The notes: generated by a model from the letters alone, not told the origin. A DNA stretch of 64,000 nucleotides from an uncultured virus (IMG/VR IMGVR_UViG_3300001041_000018) (IMGVR_UViG_3300001041_000018); one strand, 5' to 3'. Shown: positions 1 to 8,793, numbered from the stretch's first letter. Numbers and translations: made by a program.

Positions 1-274
1 TGTCGAAGCTGCGAAGGAGTATCTGAAGAATCCTTCGGTGGCGTATGCGGCGAGGGCGGCGTATGCGGCGAGGGCGGCGGCGTATGCGGCGGCGTATGCG
101 GCGAGGGCGGCGGCGTATGCGGCGAGGGCGGCGGCGTATGCGGCGTATGCGGCGTATGCGGCGAGGGCGGCGTATGCGGCGAGGGCGGCGGCGTATGCGG
201 CGGCGTATGCTCCTGAGATTGACTTCGGGAAACTGGCGGATGAAGCCGTGAAGATGGTAATGGGAAGAAAGTGA
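1..274 (+). CDS. Partial (5' end outside window) Ala/Tyr/Arg-repeat protein, loosely Imm5-like
   Basis: Frame is open from base 2 (VEAAKEYLKNPS...), followed by AYA/ARA repeats; stop at 274 is followed by the intergenic motif and RBS. Confidence 0.7.
   Translation, partial: VEAAKEYLKNPSVAYAARAAYAARAAAYAAAYAARAAAYAARAAAYAAYAAYAARAAYAARAAAYAAAYAPEIDFGKLADEAVKMVMGRK
41..211 (+). repeat. In-frame low-complexity tandem repeat (GCGTATGCG / GCGAGGGCG units)
   Basis: Directly visible repeated 9-nt units encoding AYA and ARA. Confidence 0.95.
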
Positions 275-301
275 ATTCTCACATTTAAAGGAGAACTAAA
301 A

Positions 302-442
302 ATGAAAAATAAACAAGTTTTCGTCGCAGGAACCGGATGTGGAACCTGCCTTGAAGAATTGGCGGATATGGTTTTGGTGCAGTTTAACGATGGATTGGCT
401 TGGGTCGATCTTCGTAGCGAGAGAGTGGAGGTGGTTTCGTGA
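302..442 (+). CDS. Hypothetical protein (46 aa)
   Basis: AAGGAG RBS, ATG, translated by hand; below ORF-track length cutoff. Confidence 0.6.
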   Translation: MKNKQVFVAGTGCGTCLEELADMVLVQFNDGLAWVDLRSERVEVVS

Positions 443-579
443 ACTACGTTTCTCACACCGTTTTAAAACAACGTGCCGAACTCGCAGCCAAAAGAGACGA
501 AGAAACTATCATTGGACAGATCCTGGTTTTGATGGTTGTGATTAGCGGGTTGGTTTTGTGTAGCTGGATGTTTAGGTAG
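439..579 (+). CDS. Small membrane protein (46 aa)
   Basis: GGAGG RBS, GTGA overlap with previous stop, hydrophobic C-terminus. Confidence 0.55.
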   Translation: MNYVSHTVLKQRAELAAKRDEETIIGQILVLMVVISGLVLCSWMFR

Positions 580-616
580 GAAAAGTGAGATTTCACATTT
601 TTTAAGGGGAGGCATT

Positions 617-1000
617 ATGAACCGCAAAGACTTCGCCACCAGATTAAAAGACTACCGTAGAGCCATCGACTACGTAAATCCCGAGGACAAGCATTTCTGG
701 CCCAATACCTACATCATCTGGCTTGATACCGGCTGCTATGTCTCGGCTGGATTCCTGATTCACGGGAGCTCAGATCTCAGCGCCTGTCATGACGCCATAG
801 CCGACTACTGCAAAGACAAGGGCTACAAAGGCTACTTCGCAGATCCGGAGTACATCGAGGAACTCAGGAGGGACGCTCTGGAGCAGGGATTTGAAGAGGA
901 CGATTTCGTGGAGGAAAAGTATTCATCCGCAGGGAATGAAGGGGATTACTTCGCAAATATTCTGGTGGTCGATGAATTGACTGAGCGAACCAAAAAGTGA
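617..1000 (+). CDS. Hypothetical acidic early protein
   Basis: GGAGG RBS; ORF fills the space between two motif copies. Confidence 0.8.
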   Translation: MNRKDFATRLKDYRRAIDYVNPEDKHFWPNTYIIWLDTGCYVSAGFLIHGSSDLSACHDAIADYCKDKGYKGYFADPEYIEELRRDALEQGFEEDDFVEEKYSSAGNEGDYFANILVVDELTERTKK

Positions 1001-1026
1001 AATCTCACATTTAAGGAGGAAATAAA

Positions 1027-1461
1027 ATGTCCAAAGTAATCGAAGCAATCAACCGCTGCAACCCGCTCATCAAAAAGACCTTCTACAGCTTCTGCGAAGA
1101 GTTGCAGGACTTGGGCAAGATGTACCACTTCGAGGACGATCCGTTCGATGTAGTGGACATCAAGACCGGCGAGCGGATTTTCACCGATGAAGAGGCCGAG
1201 GCAATGAAGGAATTTATTGGCCGCGTTAATCAATCCTTCCCTGAAGTAGGAGACCCGATGGAGGCTGCTTTGTTGGCCTCGGACCCTTACATGAGACACT
1301 ACGGTCAACTCATGGGCAAGCGGGTTGTCCGGATTGTTAAGGACGACGGAGCTGATGACTTTGGAGGGGATGTTTTCTACGCCCTCGTGTTCGACGACGG
1401 CACCACCGCATGGATACTCCAGGACGAAGAAGGGAATGGCCCTGGATTTCTCGACATTTAA
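1027..1461 (+). CDS. Hypothetical early protein
   Basis: AAGGAGG RBS; C-terminal DEEGNGPGFL motif typical of small phage proteins. Confidence 0.8.
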   Translation: MSKVIEAINRCNPLIKKTFYSFCEELQDLGKMYHFEDDPFDVVDIKTGERIFTDEEAEAMKEFIGRVNQSFPEVGDPMEAALLASDPYMRHYGQLMGKRVVRIVKDDGADDFGGDVFYALVFDDGTTAWILQDEEGNGPGFLDI

Positions 1462-1475
1462 AAGGAGGAAATAAA

Positions 1476-1655
1476 ATGACTCAATTCCGCCTAACACGTC
1501 CCGATTGCTACGATCCCGGATGCCCCGGACACAAAGATCCCTCAGCAAGACAAGGCTACTACATCGACGCTGCTTCAGAGGAAGAGGCAGTTCAAAAAAT
1601 GAAGCAGAGGTTCCCGGAGGACAAGCAATTTACCATCCAAGTTTGGAAGGTATGA
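1476..1655 (+). CDS. Hypothetical protein
   Basis: AGGAGG RBS before ATG 1476. Confidence 0.7.
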   Translation: MTQFRLTRPDCYDPGCPGHKDPSARQGYYIDAASEEEAVQKMKQRFPEDKQFTIQVWKV

Positions 1656-1694
1656 ATTCAGAAGTGAATATTCACATTTTAAGGGAGGCACGAA

Positions 1695-2327
1695 ATGCCC
1701 AGAGAAATAACAAAATTGGCCTACCAGTTCGACGAGCTTTCCGAATCAGCAAAGGAGAAGGCACGGGATTGGTGGAGGGAACTAATCGACCAGAACGATT
1801 ATGACTACGTAATCGAAGACGCGGTTCGTGTAGGGGAGATCCTCGGCATCGAGTTTTCCACCCACTCCGTGCAACTCTACGGAGGAGGCACCAGGCAGGA
1901 GCCTAACATCTGGTGGTCCGGATTCTACTCGCAGGGAGATGGCGCTTGCTTCGAAGGCTACTACAACTACAAGAAAGGAGCGTTGAAGGAGCTGAAAGCC
2001 TACGCTCCTGTGGACGAGAATCTACATCGGATCGTGGCCCGACTGCAGGAAGTCCAGAAGGCTAACTTTTACCAACTTCACGCTACGGTGAAACACACAG
2101 GCCACTACAGCCATTCACGCAGCACGACCATCGAGGTAAGCCGCCTCGATTACAAAGACGTGTCTGAGTCCGCTGAAGAGGAGGTGGCATCTTGCCTCCG
2201 GGATTTCATGGACTGGATTTATAAACAACTCAGCACCGAGAACGACTACCTGAACTCCGACGAGCAGCTTGACGATGCAATCAGGGCCAACGAGTACGAG
2301 TTCTACGAAAACGGCGAGCGGGTTTAA
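1695..2327 (+). CDS. Conserved hypothetical phage/plasmid protein (YxFDELSxxAKEKA...EYEFxExG family)
   Basis: Recognisable N- and C-terminal motifs and WSGFYSQGDGACF; RBS. Confidence 0.8.
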   Translation: MPREITKLAYQFDELSESAKEKARDWWRELIDQNDYDYVIEDAVRVGEILGIEFSTHSVQLYGGGTRQEPNIWWSGFYSQGDGACFEGYYNYKKGALKELKAYAPVDENLHRIVARLQEVQKANFYQLHATVKHTGHYSHSRSTTIEVSRLDYKDVSESAEEEVASCLRDFMDWIYKQLSTENDYLNSDEQLDDAIRANEYEFYENGERV

Positions 2328-2359
2328 GTGAAATCTCACATTTTTGAAGGAGAAATAAA

Positions 2360-2632
2360 ATGAACATCCCATCAATCAAAACGATCAAAACCCGGCTGAC
2401 CTGGCTCAATAAGGTAGGTGATCCGGATGTGCTGGCGAAGCAGATCAGGAAGGAACTGGAGTGGTTCCGCGACAACTCAGGAGGCCGGGAAGCACACGTT
2501 AGGGCACTCATGAATAATTTGAACCTCCTCTTGAACACACATGGTGTCGAGTACATCAGGCACAAGGATGACGACCTGCAGAGGATTTGGGAGGAAGAAA
2601 CGAACGAGGATGCCCTACAAAGGCCAAACTAA
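2360..2632 (+). CDS. Hypothetical protein (HGVEYI motif, possibly truncated)
   Basis: AAGGAG RBS. Confidence 0.65.
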   Translation: MNIPSIKTIKTRLTWLNKVGDPDVLAKQIRKELEWFRDNSGGREAHVRALMNNLNLLLNTHGVEYIRHKDDDLQRIWEEETNEDALQRPN

Positions 2633-2721
2633 AATTCACGTATACATTCCCATTCACTTGTGCTATAAGTGCCATTTAAAGTGGTGTAGCGCTCGAAATT
2701 CAGGTAAAAGGAGAGGACGAG

Positions 2722-2913
2722 ATGACCGACCATTATGCTTACGTAGAAATACTCGGAGATCCCGGTAAGTACAACCAGTTCCCATTCAAAGGGGAGTTTC
2801 ACATTGCGAGCATCTCGCAAATCAAGTCCTCCATGATAGGGCTGGCTGAGGCTGACTGGCTCGAAAACTATCAAGTCGTGATCGACGGCGAGGTTTACGC
2901 ACGAAAGGAGTAA
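2722..2913 (+). CDS. Hypothetical protein
   Basis: RBS and tight packing. Confidence 0.65.
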   Translation: MTDHYAYVEILGDPGKYNQFPFKGEFHIASISQIKSSMIGLAEADWLENYQVVIDGEVYARKE

Positions 2914-2917
2914 TAAA

Positions 2918-3163
2918 ATGAGTCAGACAAACTGGAAACCCGTTAATGAACCGCCTGAACTACGTCAGGAATGGGATGGGCCATTACGAAGCTACCCTGT
3001 GCTTGTCTACAGAAAGTCGGGAAGCATCTGCGTGGCATACTGCGAAGTGTGGCCTGGCTGCGAATCAGCGTGGACCATCACCGACTCCGAAGGTTGGTGC
3101 ATCACCAACGAGGTCACTCACTGGATGCCCCTTCCTGATCCGCCGAAGGAGGTCTCCGAATGA
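2918..3163 (+). CDS. DUF551-like protein
   Basis: W..V...P N-terminus and VTHWMPLPDPP C-terminus. Confidence 0.8.
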   Translation: MSQTNWKPVNEPPELRQEWDGPLRSYPVLVYRKSGSICVAYCEVWPGCESAWTITDSEGWCITNEVTHWMPLPDPPKEVSE

Positions 3164-3311
3164 ACCTCGATCCCGAACAACTCAGAATTTTGGTTGAACT
3201 CTTGCAGGCTTGCCTGCTCAACTAGGAGACCTAAAAATGAAAAATTTACCTAAAGGTGTATTCACTTTTCTGGATGTATCCACAGAGAATGCGGAAAAGG
3301 AGATTTGAAAG

Positions 3312-3506
3312 ATGACCAAAAGAGAAGCAGCAATCGTTTCAGCCTACACCGGATTCCTACTCGGTAGCTTCGCAGCCATGCACGCTTACGCCGAGGAGCT
3401 TTTCGGTCGGCCCGTCTGGACCCATGAGTTCGGGACGAAGGAAGTGGCTGACAAGTTGAAGGAGTTATCCAGGCCGGATTTCATCGGCCTAAATGTGACG
3501 GGATAA
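3312..3506 (+). CDS. Conserved small phage protein
   Basis: MTKREAAIVSAYTG...GRPVWTHEF pattern; RBS. Confidence 0.75.
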   Translation: MTKREAAIVSAYTGFLLGSFAAMHAYAEELFGRPVWTHEFGTKEVADKLKELSRPDFIGLNVTG

Positions 3507-3534
3507 ATCCAGGGAAATAATTGTACACCAAATC

Positions 3535-3575
3535 AGTAGGGTTTAGTAGAGAGCAAATCCTCGCTAAACCCTACT
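3535..3575. terminator. 12-bp perfect inverted repeat (AGTAGGGTTTAG/CTAAACCCTACT)
   Basis: Arms at 3535-3546 and 3564-3575. Confidence 0.6.
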
Positions 3576-3625
3576 CAACTACTAGGGGTATAAACTATAA
3601 TCTTCTTTTGCCTTCGGCGATTTTA

Positions 3626-3653
3626 AGTGTACCACACTTTTGGGATTTGTCAA
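3626..3653 (-). promoter_or_regulatory. Antisense sigma70-like promoter 1 (TTGACA-16-TACACT, extended -10 TG)
   Basis: Reverse complement reads TTGACA AATCCCAAAAGTGTGG TACACT. Confidence 0.65.
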
Positions 3654-3696
3654 GTGGCAAATTAAATTATTTTTCTCTAATAATTGGAGGTAGGAA

Positions 3697-3990
3697 ATGA
3701 GCAAGCACACGAAGAGGCCTTGGGAGATAACAGGGCATGGAAATCAATACGCTACGATATGGGGAGCAGGGCGGGGAGTGGCGGTGGTGCGCAACTTGTC
3801 CTACCTTGTCCTTGGAGAAACCGAGGCCAACGCCCTCCTAATCTCCCAGGCTCCTGCTCTCTTGGATGCTCTGAAGGATCTTCACGCCAGGCTTTTGGGG
3901 ATGGAGGCTTTCGGCCCGATGAGCACCAACGATATTTCGGACCTGCTGGTTATCGCCGAGCAGGCTATCAAAAAAGCTGAGGAGGCATAA
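3697..3990 (+). CDS. Hypothetical phage protein (KHTxxPW...ANAxLIxxAPxLL family)
   Basis: Characteristic motifs; GGAGG RBS. Confidence 0.8.
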   Translation: MSKHTKRPWEITGHGNQYATIWGAGRGVAVVRNLSYLVLGETEANALLISQAPALLDALKDLHARLLGMEAFGPMSTNDISDLLVIAEQAIKKAEEA

Positions 3991-3992
3991 AA

Positions 3993-4178
3993 ATGAACTG
4001 GCAACCAATCGAGACGGCTCCGAAGGACTGCCACATCCTCGGCTATGATCCTCACCTGAAGAGGCCTTTCGTGATGATCTGGAACATCCCGGATCAGTGC
4101 TTCGAGGTCCACGGTAGCGTTTTCTACGACGAGACACCTACACATTGGATACCGCTTCCTGCGGTTCCTGGACGATAA
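3993..4178 (+). CDS. DUF551-like protein
   Basis: WQPIETAPKD...PTHWIPLP. Confidence 0.8.
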   Translation: MNWQPIETAPKDCHILGYDPHLKRPFVMIWNIPDQCFEVHGSVFYDETPTHWIPLPAVPGR

Positions 4179-4190
4179 CCGATTAAAATA

Positions 4191-4535
4191 ATGAACGCAA
4201 CTCAAATCCAAAACATAGAAAATACCTTCACCGAAATCATGGAAAAATTCGACTTCGAAAAGGTGAGAGCCCTAATGCTGATTACTAGGTGGACCTGGGT
4301 GAATCAGGGACCCAACGGAGAATCTCAGGTTCCTACGACCGGCGCGATGCGCTCCTCTTGCTGCTCGATGTTCTCCAGGCTGAAGGAGATCCTCCAGGCT
4401 CCAAATCATCTGGTGTACAACCGGCTAGGAATCGGAGGATTCCAACTCAAGTTCTGGACCTGGGAGAATGGAGCGATGGAACTCGAATTAACCTTCAACT
4501 GGGAATCGGTTTGCTACTCGGTAGCGAGGGATTAA
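4191..4535 (+). CDS. Hypothetical phage protein
   Basis: FDFEKV...W.W...VPT...GGF pattern. Confidence 0.75.
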   Translation: MNATQIQNIENTFTEIMEKFDFEKVRALMLITRWTWVNQGPNGESQVPTTGAMRSSCCSMFSRLKEILQAPNHLVYNRLGIGGFQLKFWTWENGAMELELTFNWESVCYSVARD

Positions 4536-4640
4536 TTCTTTATCGAATTAGTCAAGTACTATTCTGGTAAAAGGCTCGCTAATCCCTACCCAGTTACTAG
4601 GGGTATAAACCTATAACTTCATCGGCTAGCGCCGGTTTAT

Positions 4641-4670
4641 AAAATACCACGGTTTCTAATAGTTTGTCAA
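4641..4670 (-). promoter_or_regulatory. Antisense sigma70-like promoter 2 (TTGACA-18-TATTTT, extended -10 TG)
   Basis: Reverse complement reads TTGACA AACTATTAGAAACCGTGG TATTTT. Confidence 0.55.
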
Positions 4671-4747
4671 GTCTTTTTTTATTATAATTCTTTAATGTTC
4701 TGAAATGTGAATTCTCACACTAGAACCTAAACAAAACAGGGGGTTGT

Positions 4748-4921
4748 ATGAAGTGCTCTAACTGCGGCAACGAGATTTCTTGGTACTCCATTAATAAAAA
4801 CCTGGTCCTTGCCTCAGATTGCTCCTTCATTTCGGCGGATCAGGACTGCCCGGAGTGTGGGGAGGAGCTGGAAATCCTCTTCGTTCTGAACGAAGATGCT
4901 GGGAGGAACTGGGATTTTTAG
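4748..4921 (+). CDS. Small zinc-finger protein (57 aa)
   Basis: Translated by hand: CSNC...CPEC. Confidence 0.6.
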   Translation: MKCSNCGNEISWYSINKNLVLASDCSFISADQDCPECGEELEILFVLNEDAGRNWDF

Positions 4922-4922
4922 C

Positions 4923-4951
4923 TTGACAAAAATTCAGAAGTGAATTAAAAT
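4923..4951 (+). promoter_or_regulatory. Sigma70-like promoter TTGACA-17-TAAAAT with the palindrome in its spacer
   Basis: -35 at 4923-4928, -10 at 4946-4951, ATTCAGAAGTGAAT at 4932-4945. Confidence 0.85.
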
Positions 4952-4983
4952 CCACGTTAATCTAAGAAAAGGAGGCCCAAAAA

Positions 4984-5262
4984 ATGGCCGAATTCATGAA
5001 CCAGAAGAGAACCCAGCCCCTTGATTCGTTTGCAAATATAGGCAGACCTGTCCCTATGGTGCGCAGACAAGTAGCCTACGAGCATTGCCGGGAGATGGGC
5101 TGCGATAGTCCTGAGTCTTGGGAGTGCGTGAATGGGATGGCTGAAATGTTGGAGAGGGACAACCCTTACGAAGCTATGGCTGCTGGGATGGTCTACCTGG
5201 ATCTCACTGGTACCTACAGGATTATGGCGGCCCTTCTTACAGGCCCTACTACCGACAAATAG
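4984..5262 (+). CDS. Hypothetical protein
   Basis: AGGAGG RBS after promoter. Confidence 0.75.
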   Translation: MAEFMNQKRTQPLDSFANIGRPVPMVRRQVAYEHCREMGCDSPESWECVNGMAEMLERDNPYEAMAAGMVYLDLTGTYRIMAALLTGPTTDK

Positions 5263-5272
5263 GAGGAATAAA

Positions 5273-5386
5273 ATGTTCGAGCCATTCAAGCCGCCCCGTT
5301 GCCAGCACTGCAAAACGCTGCTGGTTTATAACGAGAACGCAGGTTTTTACGAGTGCCCTAACTGCGACTTCAAAATCCGATACTAA
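5273..5386 (+). CDS. Small zinc-ribbon protein
   Basis: AGGAGG RBS; CQHC...CPNC. Confidence 0.6.
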   Translation: MFEPFKPPRCQHCKTLLVYNENAGFYECPNCDFKIRY

Positions 5387-5399
5387 AGGAGACCCTAAA

Positions 5400-5588
5400 A
5401 TGCCCAACCCTAAGCTGACCGAAAAAGCCAATGCCATCTACCACAGCATCGAAGAGGAGCCGAAGAAGGAATGGTCGCCTCCTAATCCCGAGTACTACCC
5501 GTTTTCCGGGTACAGCGAATATGGCCTGTTCGGGATTCCCTTCGCGATTCTTCTGTTCATGCTAGTGATCCCGCTGCACAGCCTATAA
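5400..5588 (+). CDS. Small membrane protein
   Basis: RBS; hydrophobic C-terminus. Confidence 0.65.
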   Translation: MPNPKLTEKANAIYHSIEEEPKKEWSPPNPEYYPFSGYSEYGLFGIPFAILLFMLVIPLHSL

Positions 5589-5601
5589 AGGAGGCCCTAA
5601 A

Positions 5602-6300
5602 ATGACCGAACTCCAAGAACGTGCACTCCGAATGTGTAAGCCCAAAATTAAATACGCTCTGCTTTCAACCGCCCAGAAGAAAGCAGAGCAATCCTCAACA
5701 AAATCTGGGGAGAAGATCGAGCCCTACAAATGTGAAATCTGTGGGAGTTACCACATCGGCCACCCGAAGGAGTACGACTTGGAAGCGAAGCCAATCAGTG
5801 AATTGATCCTGGCTAAAGTTAGAGATCCTCTAGGCAACCATTACATCTTCTCATTAGCCGATTCTGAAGCCCTGAATGGGTCTACAGAGGACATTTATTC
5901 GAAGGGTGTACTCGTGGCCTACAAGAAAGGCAAAGACCCCTTCAAGGAGCGAGGAGGCGCTCGCTCTGCTCATTGGCGGATCTTCCAGTCGTTGTTCCCT
6001 AGATTTGTTATCGAAAGTGCCACAATGGAATTCCTGGAGGTGATTCAGACCAAAATGCAGGAGATGGGAGTCATCGGAGTAAAGGATTTGGGAGAACCTG
6101 TGACTGCAACGGATCTGCTACCAGAAGAACCTAAATCTGCTACTGGAGTGGAGAAAGAGGTAAGCCCAGAGGAGATGGCTGGGCTGACCTTGGAAGAAAT
6201 TTTGTTCAAATTCAAGGAGATGTCATCGCCCCATAATGGGATCTCAGGCGACTATTTTAAAGGATTTGTTCACGGAGTTTTGACTAGGGGAATTAAGTAG
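5602..6300 (+). CDS. Hypothetical protein with N-terminal zinc-ribbon motif
   Basis: YKCEICGSYHIGH; RBS. Confidence 0.75.
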   Translation: MTELQERALRMCKPKIKYALLSTAQKKAEQSSTKSGEKIEPYKCEICGSYHIGHPKEYDLEAKPISELILAKVRDPLGNHYIFSLADSEALNGSTEDIYSKGVLVAYKKGKDPFKERGGARSAHWRIFQSLFPRFVIESATMEFLEVIQTKMQEMGVIGVKDLGEPVTATDLLPEEPKSATGVEKEVSPEEMAGLTLEEILFKFKEMSSPHNGISGDYFKGFVHGVLTRGIK

Positions 6301-6332
6301 CGACTTAATCTGTCGCAAGGAGGGTTTATAAA

Positions 6333-6917
6333 ATGAAAACAGAGGAAGAGGAAATGAAGGCTCAGGGATTCATCATTGACGAGACTTGCTACTCTGGGGT
6401 CGCCTACAAAGTTGGCTGGTGTGGGCATCATGGGTATCAAAATATAAATGAGGAAAAGGGCTGTCCAGAGTGCCGCGCAGAAGCCGCCGAGTCCAAACTC
6501 GCTTCAGCCAGAAAAGCGATCACGATGTTCGACGTTACTCGAACGGATGCCTTGACCGCCGAAGAGCGCCAGAACATAACCCTCGCTATCATGCCTGCAC
6601 TACTGGATGAAAACAGGAGCAACCTCTGTTTATTATTGGCGAGGTATGAGCAGGCGGTGGTTGAGGTAGAAGCTGACCTCAAGCAAGCAAGGGAGGAGCT
6701 TTTAGCTTCCGAGATGGCTAAGAATAGTATCCTAGGCAGCTATGAAAGGTTCAAAACCCGCGCCGAAGCCGCCGAGCAGCGCGAGAAGGTGCTGCAAGAG
6801 CTTCTTGAAGAATCCAAGCAGTTTTGTCTCAAAATAGACTGTGACGGAGACAACTTGAACATCGAGTTAGCGCGAAGGATTCATGCGGTACTCGCTGCGG
6901 AGAGGGTCACCAAATGA
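6333..6917 (+). CDS. Hypothetical coiled-coil protein
   Basis: RAEAAE repeats; RBS. Confidence 0.7.
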   Translation: MKTEEEEMKAQGFIIDETCYSGVAYKVGWCGHHGYQNINEEKGCPECRAEAAESKLASARKAITMFDVTRTDALTAEERQNITLAIMPALLDENRSNLCLLLARYEQAVVEVEADLKQAREELLASEMAKNSILGSYERFKTRAEAAEQREKVLQELLEESKQFCLKIDCDGDNLNIELARRIHAVLAAERVTK

Positions 6918-7084
6918 CCCACTACTGCCCTAACTGTAGAACCGGCACGCTTCACAGAAAATTACCCAAGACCGGATTCTTCACTCAATTAGCCGCTTCT
7001 CTGATCTCGTTTGCCGTTATTCGGGAAGGAGTTGATCTGAGAGAACCTGAATACGAATGCCTGAAATGTGGGAGGGAGAAATAA
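6914..7084 (+). CDS. Small zinc-finger protein (56 aa)
   Basis: ATGA overlap; CPNC...CLKCG, translated by hand. Confidence 0.6.
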   Translation: MTHYCPNCRTGTLHRKLPKTGFFTQLAASLISFAVIREGVDLREPEYECLKCGREK

Positions 7085-7087
7085 AAA

Positions 7088-7456
7088 ATGGACTTTAACC
7101 AGTGGTTTGCTGTCCACGCTGAGATGTCGGAATTGGGGGCCAGTAAGTATGTGGAGAGGCACCCCGAGACACTGAAAGCTTTCAACGCCGCCCTTGCTAT
7201 AGGCGAGGCAAGAGGGCTGGAGCGGGCTGCAGCACTTTGTGCCGATGACTTCGAGGTGGGCTGTGAGGGCTCTGCTTGGGCTAGGCTCAGCCGCCAAGCC
7301 ATAACCAACCCCGATCAATTTGTCGGCGCCGACAAATTGATCCACAAACAAATCGCCTGCGACTTCTTCCGCTGGTGGTACAACCAGCCTGGAAGCAACA
7401 CGGAGCAGGGCTTTGATGATTGGTGGGAGAATCAACAGAAGGAGGCCCAAAAGTGA
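7088..7456 (+). CDS. Hypothetical protein
   Basis: RBS and packing. Confidence 0.7.
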   Translation: MDFNQWFAVHAEMSELGASKYVERHPETLKAFNAALAIGEARGLERAAALCADDFEVGCEGSAWARLSRQAITNPDQFVGADKLIHKQIACDFFRWWYNQPGSNTEQGFDDWWENQQKEAQK

Positions 7457-7647
7457 ACCTAACTTCCTGCGGTAATTGCGGCATAGTTCTAGACCGAGAC
7501 AGGATACCTGAGCCAGATATCTGGGACGAAGAAGACGGCAGCGTCAAGTCAGGAGTTGCTGCTTGGGATGGAGATGACTGGGTGCCCACCATTGAGTGCC
7601 CTGCGTGCTCCTCCAGAATACTTTATCGAGATGGGAATATAAGTTAG
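7453..7647 (+). CDS. Small zinc-finger protein
   Basis: GGAGG + GTG start; CGNC...CPAC. Confidence 0.7.
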   Translation: MNLTSCGNCGIVLDRDRIPEPDIWDEEDGSVKSGVAAWDGDDWVPTIECPACSSRILYRDGNIS

Positions 7648-7657
7648 GAGGTCTAAA

Positions 7658-8335
7658 ATGGAACGGTGCATTTTCTACAGCCGTGTCTCAACCAAAGGAC
7701 AGTCAGAGCGACACGGACTCGACGCTCAGCGAGCCATAGTTGCTGATTACGCAACCCGTCACAATCTCGAAGTCATCAAGGAGTACACCGAGGTAGAATC
7801 TGGCTCCAACAAGGAAAGACCGGTTCTCAAGGAGGCCCTGAACTACTGCGAGTTGACCGGCTGCAGGCTGATCACAGCAAGACTTGACAGACTTTCGAGG
7901 AGCCTCTCGTTCCTCACCGTGATCCTGGATTCCGGAGTCGAGATCATCATCTGCGACTTCCCCAACACAAGCAGGTTCGTACTGAACGTGCTCGGCTGCG
8001 TAGCTGAGTACGAGTTGGAGAGGATCAGGGAGCGGACCAAGAACGGCCTGAAGGCGGCTAAGGCCAAGGGAGTTCAACTGGGCAAGGCGTGCCACTTGAA
8101 CAGAGATGAAGCCAAATTTGGAGATGGCAGAATCCAAGGCTCTCTCAAGAACCGGACCAAAGCGGATCTTCGCGCCGAGAAATTGAAACCTGAAATAATC
8201 AAATTCCAGAACCAAGGAATCACCTCTTTAACCGCCTTGGCTCAGCAATTGACTGAAGCAGGAATCCAGACTCCCAGGAAGAAAAAGGTCTGGACTTCAC
8301 AGGGCGTCAAGAATCTGCTGGTGAGGATTGGGTAG
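7658..8335 (+). CDS. Serine recombinase (resolvase/invertase family)
   Basis: YSRVST catalytic motif, ESGS...RP, RLDRLSR, ERERIRERT-like helix E, C-terminal DNA-binding region. Confidence 0.95.
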   Translation: MERCIFYSRVSTKGQSERHGLDAQRAIVADYATRHNLEVIKEYTEVESGSNKERPVLKEALNYCELTGCRLITARLDRLSRSLSFLTVILDSGVEIIICDFPNTSRFVLNVLGCVAEYELERIRERTKNGLKAAKAKGVQLGKACHLNRDEAKFGDGRIQGSLKNRTKADLRAEKLKPEIIKFQNQGITSLTALAQQLTEAGIQTPRKKKVWTSQGVKNLLVRIG

Positions 8336-8634
8336 GATTAATTAGATTTTTTAGGTATACTTCGGTAATTAAATAGTATTTAAAATTTAATATTGATCAC
8401 CATTTTAGTAGTAATTAACTTGGCTCAGGGGTAAGCCCAAGAAATTATTGGTTCTTTAAGTTTAAACTAAGAAAATTGACACGAAACTAAGATTTCTCTT
8501 GCCTTTTTACCTGAAAAGTAATACGCTTCTGAATAGGTACTGAGCAAGCAGAACCGTTTGACCTTTCATTGATTTTTGATAATTTTGCGTTGTGGTATAA
8601 CGACCACAAATTCAATGCACTAGGAGAGATTTTA

Positions 8635-8793
8635 ATGCCCCACTTGCCTACCTGTGAAAATTGTCCTCGCCACCTCAACCAACTCCAAGCCGTAGCAGAA
8701 ATGCTCACGGACGATCACAAGGACTCGCTGCAAGAGACTTTGTGCGATGATCACGAAGATGGCTCTTGCCCTAACAACCCCTGGAGCGTGTAG
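8635..8793 (+). CDS. Small Cys-rich protein
   Basis: AGGAG RBS before ATG 8635. Confidence 0.6.
   Translation: MPHLPTCENCPRHLNQLQAVAEMLTDDHKDSLQETLCDDHEDGSCPNNPWSV

Larger units (their letters stand above)
269..2343. repeat. Intergenic motif AAGTGA-N4-TCACATTT before an RBS; GTGA starts at 271, 585, 997, 1664, 2328 (sixth copy at 4707)
   Basis: Each of the first five copies lies between a stop codon and the next GGAG-type RBS. Confidence 0.9.

Noticed and set aside
45..251. Protamine-like Arg-rich ORF
   Set aside because: Alternative frame of the GCG repeat with no RBS
269..2343. CRP/FNR binding sites
   Set aside because: Half-site spacing is 4 bp, not 6
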